From: Terriglobia bacterium
GTDB taxonomy: Bacteria > Acidobacteriota > Terriglobia > 20CM-2-55-15
Assembly (NCBI GenBank): GCA_965198225.1
Contig: CBDAOY010000008.1
Location: 448,001 to 512,000, forward strand
Direction: 5' to 3'
DNA length: 64,000 nt
The notes below the pieces were generated by a model that was not told the origin of the DNA, did no database searches, and was given only the letters and a program-made list of their open reading frames with translations. Of the stretch, positions 37,043 through 46,540 are shown piece after piece. How positions within the stretch are numbered: position 1 is the stretch's first letter; each line of letters starts with the position of its first letter. Made by a program: the position numbers and the translations under genes.

Positions 37043-37140
37043 AACCACCCAGTCTGCACTCACGGTGCACAACCCTGATAATTCCAACCACCCCGTCTGC
37101 GCCTTTGGCGCATCCACTCCTCCTTATCCAAGGAGGGGAG
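37043..37140 (+). repeat. Two-hairpin intergenic repeat plus a degenerate upstream copy
   Basis: AACCACCCCGTC-TGCGCC ttt GGCGCA-...CCTCCTT atcc AAGGAGG (37086-37140); partial copy aaccacccagtctgcac...gtgca at 37043-37069. Confidence 0.65.
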
Positions 37141-37167
37141 TTGGCTCCACTCTACAGATTTGCGGGT

Positions 37168-37191
37168 GACTGGCAACTGACTACTGACTAC
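37168..37191. repeat. Right arm (TGACTAC)n of the heptamer array interrupted by the IS4
   Basis: gactggcaactgactactgactac, complementary to gtagtcagtagccagtagtc reconstructed across the IS. Confidence 0.8.
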
Positions 37192-37201
37192 TTCCCCAAC
37201 C

Positions 37202-38671
37202 ATGTCCACGCTGCGCATCTACCACGACTCCCTCTCGCTGCTGACCGATCTCTACGAGCTCACGATGGCCTATGCCTACTGGAAGGCGGGCATCGCCGAC
37301 CGCCAGGCGGTCTTCGGGGTCTCGTTTCGAGAGCACCCGTTTCGCGGAGGATACACGATCGCGGCCGGTCTGGCTTCGGTCGTGGACTGGGTGGAGGCTC
37401 TCGGTTTTAGCGACGACGACCTGTCCTATCTTGCGGGCCTTCAAGGCAACGACCACAGACCCCTTTTCGACGACGGGTTTCTCGACTATCTGCGCAGACT
37501 CGAGTTTTCCTGTGACATCGATGCTGCTCCGGAAGGCACGGTCGTCTTTCCCCAACAACCGCTGGTTCGTGTCATGGGTCCGATCCTCCAGTGCCAGATC
37601 CTCGAAACGGCGATCCTGAACCTTGTGAACTTCCAATCGCTGATCGCGACGAAAGCGGCCCGAGTCTGCAACGCAGCGGGCGGCGATCCGGTTATCGAGT
37701 TCGGCCTGCGGCGCGCCCAGGGGATCGATGGGGGTCTCACCGCGAGTCGTGCGGCCTATGTCGGCGGATGCTCTGCGACTTCGAACGTCCTTGCGGGGAA
37801 GCTGTTCGGCATTCCAGTTAAAGGCACGCTCGCCCACAGCTGGGTAATGTGTTTCGACGGGGAGTCCGAATCATTCCAGGTGTATGCCGAGGCGATGCCG
37901 AACAATTGCGTCTTCCTTGTCGATACCTACGACTCGCTCGAGGGAGTGCGCCGGGCCGTGGATGTCGGACGGTGGCTTGCCGAACACGGTCACCGGATGA
38001 TCGGGATACGGCTCGATTCGGGCGACCTGGCGTACCTGAGCATCGAAGCCCGACGCATGCTCGATCAAGCCGGCTTCGAAGAGGCCGCGATCGTGGCGAG
38101 CAATAACCTGGACGAAAACTTGATATCGAGTCTCAAGCAGCAGGGTGCCACGATCGGAGTCTGGGGTGTCGGAACCCAGCTGGCAACGGCGTTCGACGAA
38201 CCTGCCCTGGGAGGCGTTTACAAGCTGACGGCCGTGCGGGACGATCCGGAATCGGACTGGAAATACAAGGTGAAGCTGTCCGAGCAGGCCAGCAAAGCGT
38301 CGATTCCGGGAGTACTGCAGGTCAAACGCTATCGGAGGGGATCGGAGTACGTCGCCGACGTGATCTACGATGAGCAGATGGGATTGCCCTATCCGATCGT
38401 TGCGGTCGACCCGACCGACGACACGCGGCGGAAGCGCGTCCCCGACGATTGTGAGGGTTCGGATCTGCTCCTGCCTGTTTTCCGTTCGGGCCGTCGCGTT
38501 ATGGAAATGCCCTCCATCGAAGAGTCTCGCCGCCGGGCCGCCGGTCAACTCGAGCGATTTCATGCGACGATAAAACGACTCGTGAATCCTCACGAGTATC
38601 CGGCCGGTGTGGCCGAGAATCTGTCCAGACTGAGGCACGATTTGATTCTGGAATTACGAGAAGGCCATTGA
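37202..38671 (+). CDS. pncB: Nicotinate phosphoribosyltransferase
   Basis: TDLYELTM, EFGLRRAQG, TSNV, GTLAHSW, LVDTYD, IRLDSGDL, GGVYKL. Confidence 0.96.
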   Translation: MSTLRIYHDSLSLLTDLYELTMAYAYWKAGIADRQAVFGVSFREHPFRGGYTIAAGLASVVDWVEALGFSDDDLSYLAGLQGNDHRPLFDDGFLDYLRRLEFSCDIDAAPEGTVVFPQQPLVRVMGPILQCQILETAILNLVNFQSLIATKAARVCNAAGGDPVIEFGLRRAQGIDGGLTASRAAYVGGCSATSNVLAGKLFGIPVKGTLAHSWVMCFDGESESFQVYAEAMPNNCVFLVDTYDSLEGVRRAVDVGRWLAEHGHRMIGIRLDSGDLAYLSIEARRMLDQAGFEEAAIVASNNLDENLISSLKQQGATIGVWGVGTQLATAFDEPALGGVYKLTAVRDDPESDWKYKVKLSEQASKASIPGVLQVKRYRRGSEYVADVIYDEQMGLPYPIVAVDPTDDTRRKRVPDDCEGSDLLLPVFRSGRRVMEMPSIEESRRRAAGQLERFHATIKRLVNPHEYPAGVAENLSRLRHDLILELREGH

Positions 38672-39282
38672 GAGCGCTGATCCTGGTCGATCTGCAGAAC
38701 GATTTCATGCCCGGCGGCTCGCTGGCTGTCCCCGACGGCGACAAAGTCGTGCCCGTAGCGAACCAGGTGCAAGCGCACTTTGAGTTCGTCGTGGCCACGC
38801 AGGATTGGCATCCCGCCGATCACGGCAGTTTCGCCGCGAATCATCCCGGCCGCGAAGTCGGAGAAATCATCGACCTGGACGGCATACCTCAAGTGTTGTG
38901 GCCGAGTCACTGCGTCCAGAACACAAGCGGCGCCCAACTGGCGTCGGATCTGGATCGCACCCGCATCCGAAAGATCTTTCACAAGGGAACCGATCCCTTG
39001 ATCGACAGCTATTCCGCTTTCTTCGACAACGGGCACCGGCAGTCTACGGGCCTGGGCGACTTTCTTCTGAAGCAGGGTGTTGATGAGGTCTGCCTGATGG
39101 GGCTTGCAACCGATTACTGCGTCAAGTTCAGCGCACTGGACGCAAGGGAGCTAGGCTTTGCCGTATCGCTCATCGAGGACGGCTGTCGCGGTGTGGAACT
39201 GGCGCCGGGTGATGTCGCCCGGGCGCTGGAGGAGATGAGAAACGCTGGAGTGGCCCTCGTCAGGAGTGACTCGCTCGGTTAA
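38668..39282 (+). CDS. pncA: Nicotinamidase/pyrazinamidase
   Basis: VDLQNDF, TQDWHP..H.SF, WP.HC, KG...DSYSAF, GLATDYCV. Confidence 0.96.
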   Translation: MRALILVDLQNDFMPGGSLAVPDGDKVVPVANQVQAHFEFVVATQDWHPADHGSFAANHPGREVGEIIDLDGIPQVLWPSHCVQNTSGAQLASDLDRTRIRKIFHKGTDPLIDSYSAFFDNGHRQSTGLGDFLLKQGVDEVCLMGLATDYCVKFSALDARELGFAVSLIEDGCRGVELAPGDVARALEEMRNAGVALVRSDSLG

Positions 39283-39541
39283 AAGAGAAGTGAATACCGA
39301 TTGTTGAATGAGTGAGGGGTGAAAAGAAGGATCTATCGCAAATTGGTCAATGGACAAATCCGCATTCGAAGTCGAGGATTGGAGATTGCCCGATTTGTCA
39401 TTGGTCGGAGCAGCCAGGATCAGCGTGTAGGGCCGCTCCTGCGATGTGAAATAAAGCAATGTCGAATGAGCAACGTGCCATGTGGATTGTTCAAATACCG
39501 CTATTTTGCGATTGGATCACTAACCGAAGAGCTAACGAGAA

Positions 39542-39565
39542 ACGCCCGGCCGTGTGGCCGGGCGT
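39542..39565 (-). terminator. Hairpin, probable terminator of the minus-strand lipoprotein gene
   Basis: ACGCCCGGCC-gtgt-GGCCGGGCGT; short U-rich tail on the minus strand. Confidence 0.55.
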
Positions 39566-39591
39566 CGATCAAACATGATTTGCGATGAACT

Positions 39592-40194
39592 CTATGTGTT
39601 GCCGGAGCGCTGCAGCACCTCGTTGAAACGGATTGCGTTGATCTCCTGGCCCTGGATCGTGTACTTCACAAACCGGAAACCGCGGTCCTCGTAGATGTAT
39701 TCGACCGAACCGGCCTCTTCATCTTCGGACATACCCTGCTCGTCGCCGAACAGTTCCCGCATCATGTCCACGTCGCCGTCTTCCAGAAGTGCTCTCAGAT
39801 CAGGGTCTACGATCTCTTCCGCGATGAACGAAGTGATCTCGAGGCGTCGGATCTTTCCGGTGAGTTTATAGGTGTAGACCACGAGACCGCCATTCTGGTA
39901 CGCCGTGATGTAGTGCTCCTCGTCGGTGCGGGTGTTCATGATCTCGCCAAGGGTTTCCTCCACCTGGCGTGTCACGTCACCGACCTTGATGCCCAAAAGG
40001 CTGATGTTGCGGCTAGTAAAGTCAGGTGCCTCTTCCAGGATAGCAACTTCGGTCAGCTCATAGACGGGCGGTGGAGGCTCCGCCGGTGGCGGGGCTTCTT
40101 CCTCGGCAGCGGGCGGTTCGGGCGCGGGGCCGCACGCAGCCACCGACAGAACCAGGACGCTAATAATACCAAACAGCGTTACCCGTCTCAGCAT
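39592..40194 (-). CDS. Hypothetical acidic lipoprotein
   Basis: Signal peptide with lipobox VAAC; P/E/A linker; two similar half-domains (LG...EHYITAY and FG...VEYIY). Confidence 0.75.
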   Translation of the reverse strand: MLRRVTLFGIISVLVLSVAACGPAPEPPAAEEEAPPPAEPPPPVYELTEVAILEEAPDFTSRNISLLGIKVGDVTRQVEETLGEIMNTRTDEEHYITAYQNGGLVVYTYKLTGKIRRLEITSFIAEEIVDPDLRALLEDGDVDMMRELFGDEQGMSEDEEAGSVEYIYEDRGFRFVKYTIQGQEINAIRFNEVLQRSGNT

Positions 40195-40286
40195 TTGGAT
40201 CCTCCTTCAGACTCCTCAGATAAATCGTTTCAGTGCAAAGAGTTTCGTGCTTTTGGCCGGCCGATTATATAACAATGAAAGCAGGC

Positions 40287-40517
40287 ATGGATAGTAGAAA
40301 AGACAGAGGCGAAACCTACCGACAGTTGGGTGCTTTGATGAGTGCCGGGATGGTGTTTCCCCTGTCGATTGCGATCGGCTACGGGATGGGTTATTACCTG
40401 GACCGATGGCTTGGAACCGGGTTCCTGACAATCGTCTTTCTGCTGTTCGGAATCGCCGCCGGCTTCGTCAGTTTCTTCCGAACGATCTCGAAGGTGACCG
40501 GGTTTGAGAAGAAGTAG
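40287..40517 (+). CDS. AtpZ/AtpI family protein
   Basis: IGYGMGYYLDRWLGT...FGIAAGF; first gene of the Fo cluster; alternative start at 40275. Confidence 0.85.
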   Translation: MDSRKDRGETYRQLGALMSAGMVFPLSIAIGYGMGYYLDRWLGTGFLTIVFLLFGIAAGFVSFFRTISKVTGFEKK

Positions 40518-40668
40518 TCAGTAGTCAGTTATGAGTAGTCAGTTGAAAACTGTGCGGCGGTCGGTGACCGCCGGTCCTTCTTTGTGGGCCAACGATTCTT
40601 CTGGCTTGGCAACCAGCGACAAGTCAAGCAACAAAGTCCCCCTCAACGGCCTACGGACAACGGCCTAC
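40514..40668. repeat. Hybrid heptamer array: (GTAGTCA)n left arm, (ACGGMCW)n right arm
   Basis: gtagtca-gtagtca-gttatga-gtagtca starting on the atpZ stop; aacggcctacggacaacggcctac at 40645-40668, just before the next GTG start. Confidence 0.8.
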
Positions 40669-40675
40669 GTTCCCC

Positions 40676-41080
40676 GTGTTTGACTCCTACCAGCAATTCG
40701 AAAAGCGACTCGACCGAACGAATTTCCTCGTCGTCATCGCCGCCGCGGCACTGGCGCTGGCTCTTCACTCGGTGAAAGGCGCCGCGAGCATAGCCGCGGG
40801 AGGGGCCCTGTCATACCTCAATTTTCATTGGCTCAAGCAAGCGGTCAACTACGTGATTCTAAAGGGTGGGCAGGGACCTGTCGGTCGGCGGGTAGGCCTT
40901 CAGTACGCTGGTCGGTACGCGTTGATCGGCCTCGCCCTGTATGTTACGATTCGGTTTACAATCTTGGACTTGACCCTCGTCCTGGCGGGTCTCTTTTCGT
41001 ACGTTCTCGCCGTACTTCTCGAGAGTATTTTCGAAATCGGCAGATCCTTGTTTCGAGTAGATCAGAATGGAAGAACATGA
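40676..41080 (+). CDS. ATP synthase subunit I (UncI-like)
   Basis: Four TMs, GG.LS.LNF.WL, RYAL; directly upstream of atpB. Confidence 0.8.
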   Translation: MFDSYQQFEKRLDRTNFLVVIAAAALALALHSVKGAASIAAGGALSYLNFHWLKQAVNYVILKGGQGPVGRRVGLQYAGRYALIGLALYVTIRFTILDLTLVLAGLFSYVLAVLLESIFEIGRSLFRVDQNGRT

Positions 41081-41798
41081 GCTGCTGATCGTTGACTGGA
41101 TCAACGAACTCCTGGGTCATCCTATCGCTTCGCTTCTCGGCCTGCACGTCGCCCCCGGCGAGCACGTCATACCGATGCAGGTCGTCATGGCGACGTTCGT
41201 AGTTCTATTCTGCTTCGGTTTCTTTGGATTTGTGAGATCACGTCTGTCCGTTGAAAACCCCGGAAAGCTCCAGCAAGTTCTGGAGGTTGCGGTTGAGTTC
41301 CTGTCGAATCAGCTCGCGGAGAACATCGGCCACAAAGGGCCGAGATTTCTGGGGATCGTAGGTACGATTGGGATCTTCATCCTGTTCTCGAACTGGATGG
41401 GTCTGGTGCCGGGTTTTGCTGCGCCAACGAGCAATGTCAACGTTCCCGCCGCACTTGCAATCGTCGTTTTTCTTTATTACAACTTGCGGGGCATGAGGGA
41501 ACAGGGTGTATTCAAGTACCTGAAGCATTTCATGGGGCCGGTCTGGTGGCTGGCGCCTTTGATGATCCCGATTGAAATCATCAGCCACCTTGCGCGTCCG
41601 TTCTCGCTGACGATTCGTCTGTTCGTGAACATTTTTGCGGAGGAAGAGTTGGTGTTGGCGTTCTTCGCCCTCGTACCATTGCTGATTCCTCTCCCCTTCA
41701 TGGCGTACGCGATATTCGGCGGGCTGCTGCAGGCTTTTATATTCATTACGCTTACGATGGTCTATCTTGCGGGCGCTGTGGCTACCGAGGACCATTGA
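41067..41798 (+). CDS. atpB: F0F1 ATP synthase subunit a
   Basis: PGKLQ..LE, N..GLVP, IE.IS..ARP.SL.IRLF.N, LQAFIF..LT..Y. Confidence 0.96.
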   Translation: MEEHELLIVDWINELLGHPIASLLGLHVAPGEHVIPMQVVMATFVVLFCFGFFGFVRSRLSVENPGKLQQVLEVAVEFLSNQLAENIGHKGPRFLGIVGTIGIFILFSNWMGLVPGFAAPTSNVNVPAALAIVVFLYYNLRGMREQGVFKYLKHFMGPVWWLAPLMIPIEIISHLARPFSLTIRLFVNIFAEEELVLAFFALVPLLIPLPFMAYAIFGGLLQAFIFITLTMVYLAGAVATEDH

Positions 41799-41889
41799 TG
41801 TTTCCCGACCTTCTGTCACCCGTGTGAGGCCGACTGCAAGAGGGATGTTCGGCAACCACCTCCGGGCGGCAACTTCATAAGGAGTTCGA

Positions 41890-42201
41890 ATGAGAAAGCT
41901 ATCGATCGGTTTGATGTTGTCCTTCACTGTCCTGATGATGGCAACACCGGTGTTCGCGCAGGACGGAGACGAAGGGATCCCCGTGAATTGGGAGCGGATC
42001 AGCTTTGGATTTGCCATGGCAATCGCCTCGTTTGGCTGCGCCCTGGCGCAGGGCAAAGCGATTTCCGCCGCGTGTGAGGGGCTGGCTCGAAACCCGGGTG
42101 CCGCCCCGCCAATCCGGTTTGCGTTGTTGCTGGGTCTGGTGCTCATCGAGTCGCTGGCGCTTTACACGCTGTTCATTATCCTGATTGGCGGAGTTCTGTA
42201 A
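41890..42201 (+). CDS. atpE: F0F1 ATP synthase subunit c with a signal-peptide-like N-terminal extension
   Basis: AQG...ARNP loop, conserved Glu in IESLALY; SD AAGGAG. Confidence 0.94.
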   Translation: MRKLSIGLMLSFTVLMMATPVFAQDGDEGIPVNWERISFGFAMAIASFGCALAQGKAISAACEGLARNPGAAPPIRFALLLGLVLIESLALYTLFIILIGGVL

Positions 42202-42233
42202 CGACAGCCTAGAGAAGTCAGAGTGTTAACGCT

Positions 42234-42271
42234 AAAAGCGGTCATCGGCTTTCGAGCCGGTGACCGCTTTT
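42234..42271. terminator. Bidirectional-type intrinsic terminator after atpE
   Basis: AAAAGCGGTCATCGGCT-ttcg-AGCCGGTGACCGCTTTT. Confidence 0.88.
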
Positions 42272-42628
42272 CTTGTGTTCGGGTGGACCGGTGCCCCGAG
42301 CCCGACCACCCTCCGGGTTATCGTGAGCGAGAAGCTCCAATGCTGAGAGTAATGATAGCAGCGGTTTAGAGCTCATTTGGCTGCGGGAACCGGCGAACCT
42401 GCCTGGACTGGTGGAATCTGGCTCATGGCGGCCGGTCCGAGAGCCCGTTTCGGGTACGGAAAGGCGGGCGTCACGGAACCGTAAAATCGGCGCAAGTCTT
42501 TATTCTTGCGATACCTACGTCGAAAATGATACAAATGTGAATGATTTAAACTGGGACCTCTGTATCATGAGGACCAGTATGTTCGTATTAATAGATAACC
42601 TGGATCCTGATGTGAGGTAGAGCGCGTC

Positions 42629-45067
42629 ATGACGAAACACATCTTGGCTATTCTTGGCATGGTGTTTCTGTGCCTCGCGATCTGCAGTGATATCAGCCTC
42701 GCGGAACGACAGGAAGCACCCGCCCTCGCACCGTTGTCTCCGGAAGCGCAACAGGCCCTGGTCGATCAGTACTGTCTGTTGTGCCACGATGACGTGGAGA
42801 AATCCGGGGACCTGAGCATGTCCGGGTTGGATCTGAGGGAAGTGGGCCAGAACACGGAGATCGTCGAGAAGATGATCCGTAAGTTGCGGGCGGGGATGAT
42901 GCCTCCGATGGGTCAACCGCGACCCGACGCCCAGACGCTCGAGTCTCTCGTCACCTCGATGGAAGCCGGTATCGACCAGATTGCGGCCGCCAGCCCGAAT
43001 CCAGGACGGCGGGCGCTTGCGCGGTTGAACCGAATCGAGTATGCAAACTCGATCCGTGAGCTTCTCCGCATCGGGGTAGATGTCGCTGCGCTGCTACCTC
43101 CCGACAGCATGGGCCACGGGTTCGACAACATGGCGGACGCCTTGAGCATTTCGCCGGCGTTGATCGAGGGATACATGCGGGCGGCCGGCGAGATCAGCCG
43201 CGCGGCCGTTGGAGACCCGAAAGCGAGCGCGACTTCTGCGACCTACTCGATCTCCCGCACCGCGTCGCAGATGTATCACGTCGACGGTGCCCCCATGGGT
43301 ACCCGCGGCGGAATCTCCGTCGTCCATAATTTTCCCGCCGACGGCGAGTACACATTCACCATGACGTTCTACGGTGAATCCACAGGTGGCATCTTCGGAC
43401 TGAACAACCCCCTGGCCGAGGACTTCAAGGAACAGATCGAAGTCTCGATCAACGGTGAACGGGCAGCGGTTCTCGAGGTGCTCAACTCGATGAACGAGTC
43501 GCAGCCCGCTGGCCTATCGCTCACCACCGAACCCATCACGGTCAAAGCGGGCCCGCAGAGGGTCTCGGCGGTTTTCATCCAGAGGTTCTACGGGCTTGTC
43601 GACGACTTGATCCGCCCGATCGAACACACGATCGCCGACCAGCAGGTGTCGACCGGTGAGGGTATCAGCACCCTGCCGCATCTCCAGGATGTGAACATCA
43701 AGGGCCCGTTCAATCCGACCGGTGTTTCATTGACGCCGAGCCGCGCGAGGATATTCACGTGTCGACCGACCAGCCCGGCCGAAGAAGAACCCTGTGCCAC
43801 GGAGATCCTGTCGGACCTGGCTACGCAGGCTTACCGGCGACCCGTAAGCGCCGAGGACCTCGAAGGGCTGATGACGTTCTACAGGACCGGGCGGGAAGAA
43901 AGGGACTTCGAGATCGGTGTCCGAACGGCCCTGCAGGCTATTTTGGCCAGCCCGAATTTCGTGTTCCGTTTCGAGCAGGTGCCGGACGGGGTCGAACCGG
44001 GTCAGAACCATCGCATCAGCGACCTGGAACTGGCTTCCCGGCTGTCGTACTTTCTCTGGAGCACGGTGCCCGACGACGAACTCGTGGGGGTCGCGAGCGA
44101 GGGACGACTTCAGGATCCAGCGATCCTGGCGCGGCAGGTGGGGCGCATGCTGCGAGATAGCCGTTCAGAAGCGCTCTCCAGTCGATTTGCCGCCCAATGG
44201 CTCCGCCTGAGAGATCTCGAAGGCAAGATTCCCGATCCCATCCTGTTTCCCCAGTTCGACGCCGGTCTGGGAGAGTCCATGCGAAGGGAGACCGAGCTGT
44301 TCTTCGGCAGCGTCGTGCGCGAGGACCGTAATGTGCTCGACCTGCTGACCAGCGAATATACGTTCGTAGACGAACGCCTGGCCAAGCATTACCAGCTTCC
44401 GAACGTGATCGGGAATCGGTTCCGGCGTGTGCCGCTCACGGATGAAAACCGCAAAGGGTTGTTGGGTCAGGCCAGCATCCTGACGTTGACATCGAACGCC
44501 GACCGAACCTCACCGGTGCAGCGCGGCAAATACGTCATGGAGGTTCTGCTCGGCTCCCCACCGCCGGCGCCACCGCCGAACGTGCCGGATCTGGAAGAGA
44601 CCGAGAGGTTGACTGGTGAGAAGATCCTGACCTTGCGCGAGCGCATGGAAGAGCATCGGGCGAGCCCCGTCTGCGCGTCCTGCCACAAGTTGATCGACCC
44701 GATCGGGCTCGCGCTGGAGAACTTCGATGTCACCGGAAGATGGCGGACGCTGGACGCCGGGGCCCCGATCGATCCCGTCGGTGAGTTGTATGACGGGACG
44801 ATCTTGAACGGTCCGACGAGTCTTCGTCAGGCGATTCTGGATCGTTCCGATGCGTTTATCCACAACTTCACCGAGAATCTCCTGACGTTTGGTCTGGGGC
44901 GAAAGCTGGAACACTACGACATGCCCGCGGTACGTGAGATCGCGCGCGCAGCGTCGGCGGAAGGCAATCGATTCTCCTCGTTCGTCATGGGTGTCGTCGA
45001 GAGCGCGGCCTTCCAGATGAGCAGGGCCGAGGAGACAACGGTTGTGGAGGCGCGGGATCAGAATTGA
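42629..45067 (+). CDS. Exported diheme cytochrome c, DUF1587/1595/1592/1588/1585 (PSCyt-type) protein, copy 1
   Basis: Signal peptide; CLLCH with LRAGMMPP; RLNR.EY; LASRLSYFLWS; TSPV.RG; CASCH; G.ALENFD. Confidence 0.88.
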   Translation: MTKHILAILGMVFLCLAICSDISLAERQEAPALAPLSPEAQQALVDQYCLLCHDDVEKSGDLSMSGLDLREVGQNTEIVEKMIRKLRAGMMPPMGQPRPDAQTLESLVTSMEAGIDQIAAASPNPGRRALARLNRIEYANSIRELLRIGVDVAALLPPDSMGHGFDNMADALSISPALIEGYMRAAGEISRAAVGDPKASATSATYSISRTASQMYHVDGAPMGTRGGISVVHNFPADGEYTFTMTFYGESTGGIFGLNNPLAEDFKEQIEVSINGERAAVLEVLNSMNESQPAGLSLTTEPITVKAGPQRVSAVFIQRFYGLVDDLIRPIEHTIADQQVSTGEGISTLPHLQDVNIKGPFNPTGVSLTPSRARIFTCRPTSPAEEEPCATEILSDLATQAYRRPVSAEDLEGLMTFYRTGREERDFEIGVRTALQAILASPNFVFRFEQVPDGVEPGQNHRISDLELASRLSYFLWSTVPDDELVGVASEGRLQDPAILARQVGRMLRDSRSEALSSRFAAQWLRLRDLEGKIPDPILFPQFDAGLGESMRRETELFFGSVVREDRNVLDLLTSEYTFVDERLAKHYQLPNVIGNRFRRVPLTDENRKGLLGQASILTLTSNADRTSPVQRGKYVMEVLLGSPPPAPPPNVPDLEETERLTGEKILTLRERMEEHRASPVCASCHKLIDPIGLALENFDVTGRWRTLDAGAPIDPVGELYDGTILNGPTSLRQAILDRSDAFIHNFTENLLTFGLGRKLEHYDMPAVREIARAASAEGNRFSSFVMGVVESAAFQMSRAEETTVVEARDQN

Positions 45068-45144
45068 CCGCGCGCAACTGACCGGATTATTTGACGACTG
45101 TCATCAGATAAATTCAAGTAAGGATAGTCTTAGGAGGTAAGCGG

Positions 45145-46521
45145 ATGTTCATCACAAAGAAGCATATTTCCCGCCGTACGATGCTTCAGGGAATGGGCGC
45201 GGCCGTGTCACTGCCGTTCCTGGAGGGGATGGCACCGGCCCAGACGCCGATCCGAGAAACGGCGGCCAACGCCCCGCTTCGCGTCGCCGCCATCGAGATG
45301 GTGCATGGCGCCGCCGGCTGCAGCCCCTATGGGCAGGAGCAGCACCTGTGGGCGCCGGTGGCCGATGGAGCCGCTTTCGATCTCACGCCGACCAGTATGC
45401 TGCCGCTGGAGCCGTTCCGGGAGTATCTGACGATCGTCAGCAACACCGACGTGGTGCCCGCCGAAGCATTCGTGCTCAGCGAAGTCGGTGCGGACCATTT
45501 CCGTTCAAGCGCCGTGTTTCTGACGCAAGCCAAGCCGAAGATGACGGAGGGCTCCGACGTCTACGTCGGAACGTCGATGGACCAGCTGTATGCCCAGCGG
45601 TTCGGCCAGGACACGCCGATTCCATCGATTCAGCTCTGCATCGAGCCGGTCGACATCGCGGGTGGCTGCCTCTACGGGTACGCCTGCGCGTACAGGGACA
45701 CGATCAGCTGGTCTTCGCCCTCCGATCCGCTCCCGATGGCGAGAGATCCGCGCATGGTATTCGATCAGCTCTTCGGCGCCGGCGGGACCGCAGAGGAGCG
45801 CTCGAGCCGTCGCAAGACCGACGGCAGTATTCTCGACTGGATCACGCACGAGGTCGCCCGGCTGAGGCAGGGCCTGAGCCCCAGCGACAAGCTCCGCCTG
45901 ACCGAGTATCTCGAAGACGTGCGGGAGATCGAACGGCGGATCCAGAAGATCGAAGAGTTCAATTCCAACGGAGAGGCCAGGGAGATACCGGATGCTCCGG
46001 TTGGTGTGCCGGACTCCTACACCGAGCATGTCCAGTTGATGTTCGACCTGCAGGTCCTGGGTTTCGCGGCGGGAGTCACGCATGTTTCGGCGTTCAAGAT
46101 GTCGAAGGACGGGACCAGTCGGGTCTTCGAGGAGAGCGGGACCAGGGGCTCGTTCCATCCCTCCTCGCACCACCGCAACGATCCGGACCGCGTCGAGGAT
46201 TTCGCCAAGATCAACAAGTACCACGTCGGCCTGGTTCCCTACTTCCTAGAGAAGCTGAAGAACACGCCCGACGGGGACGGCAGCCTGTTGGACCACAGCC
46301 TGGTCATCTACGGCTCTCCGATGGGCGACAGCAGCGTCCACAACCACAAGCGGTGTCCGCTGTTCTTTGCCGGGCTGGCCAACGGGGCGCTCAAGGGCAA
46401 TCTCCACTACAGAGCGGAAGACGGAACGCCGATGGCAAATGCTTTCCTCACCGTGATGCATCGGATCGGCTTCGACGACATGAAAACTTTTGGCGACAGC
46501 ACCGCAGAGCTCGCGATCTGA
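45145..46521 (+). CDS. Tat-exported DUF1552 (HxxSHH) protein, copy 1
   Basis: SRRTMLQG twin-arginine motif; ADH; C..GY.C.Y; HPSSHH; H.H; strong SD GGAGGT. Confidence 0.88.
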   Translation: MFITKKHISRRTMLQGMGAAVSLPFLEGMAPAQTPIRETAANAPLRVAAIEMVHGAAGCSPYGQEQHLWAPVADGAAFDLTPTSMLPLEPFREYLTIVSNTDVVPAEAFVLSEVGADHFRSSAVFLTQAKPKMTEGSDVYVGTSMDQLYAQRFGQDTPIPSIQLCIEPVDIAGGCLYGYACAYRDTISWSSPSDPLPMARDPRMVFDQLFGAGGTAEERSSRRKTDGSILDWITHEVARLRQGLSPSDKLRLTEYLEDVREIERRIQKIEEFNSNGEAREIPDAPVGVPDSYTEHVQLMFDLQVLGFAAGVTHVSAFKMSKDGTSRVFEESGTRGSFHPSSHHRNDPDRVEDFAKINKYHVGLVPYFLEKLKNTPDGDGSLLDHSLVIYGSPMGDSSVHNHKRCPLFFAGLANGALKGNLHYRAEDGTPMANAFLTVMHRIGFDDMKTFGDSTAELAI

Positions 46522-46540
46522 CGCGATAGGAGACTGTTTT

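Noticed and set aside
39283-39591. ORFs 39319-39588 (+) and 39151-39459 (-) in a lower-GC spacer
   Set aside because: No recognisable motifs and atypical composition. It may be a decayed foreign fragment, but I cannot support a call.
41890-42201. Na+-translocating ATP synthase
   Set aside because: Q, E, S and Y are present, but the Thr of the ES(T) Na+ signature is Leu. ESL also occurs in H+-coupled rings, so ion specificity cannot be called.
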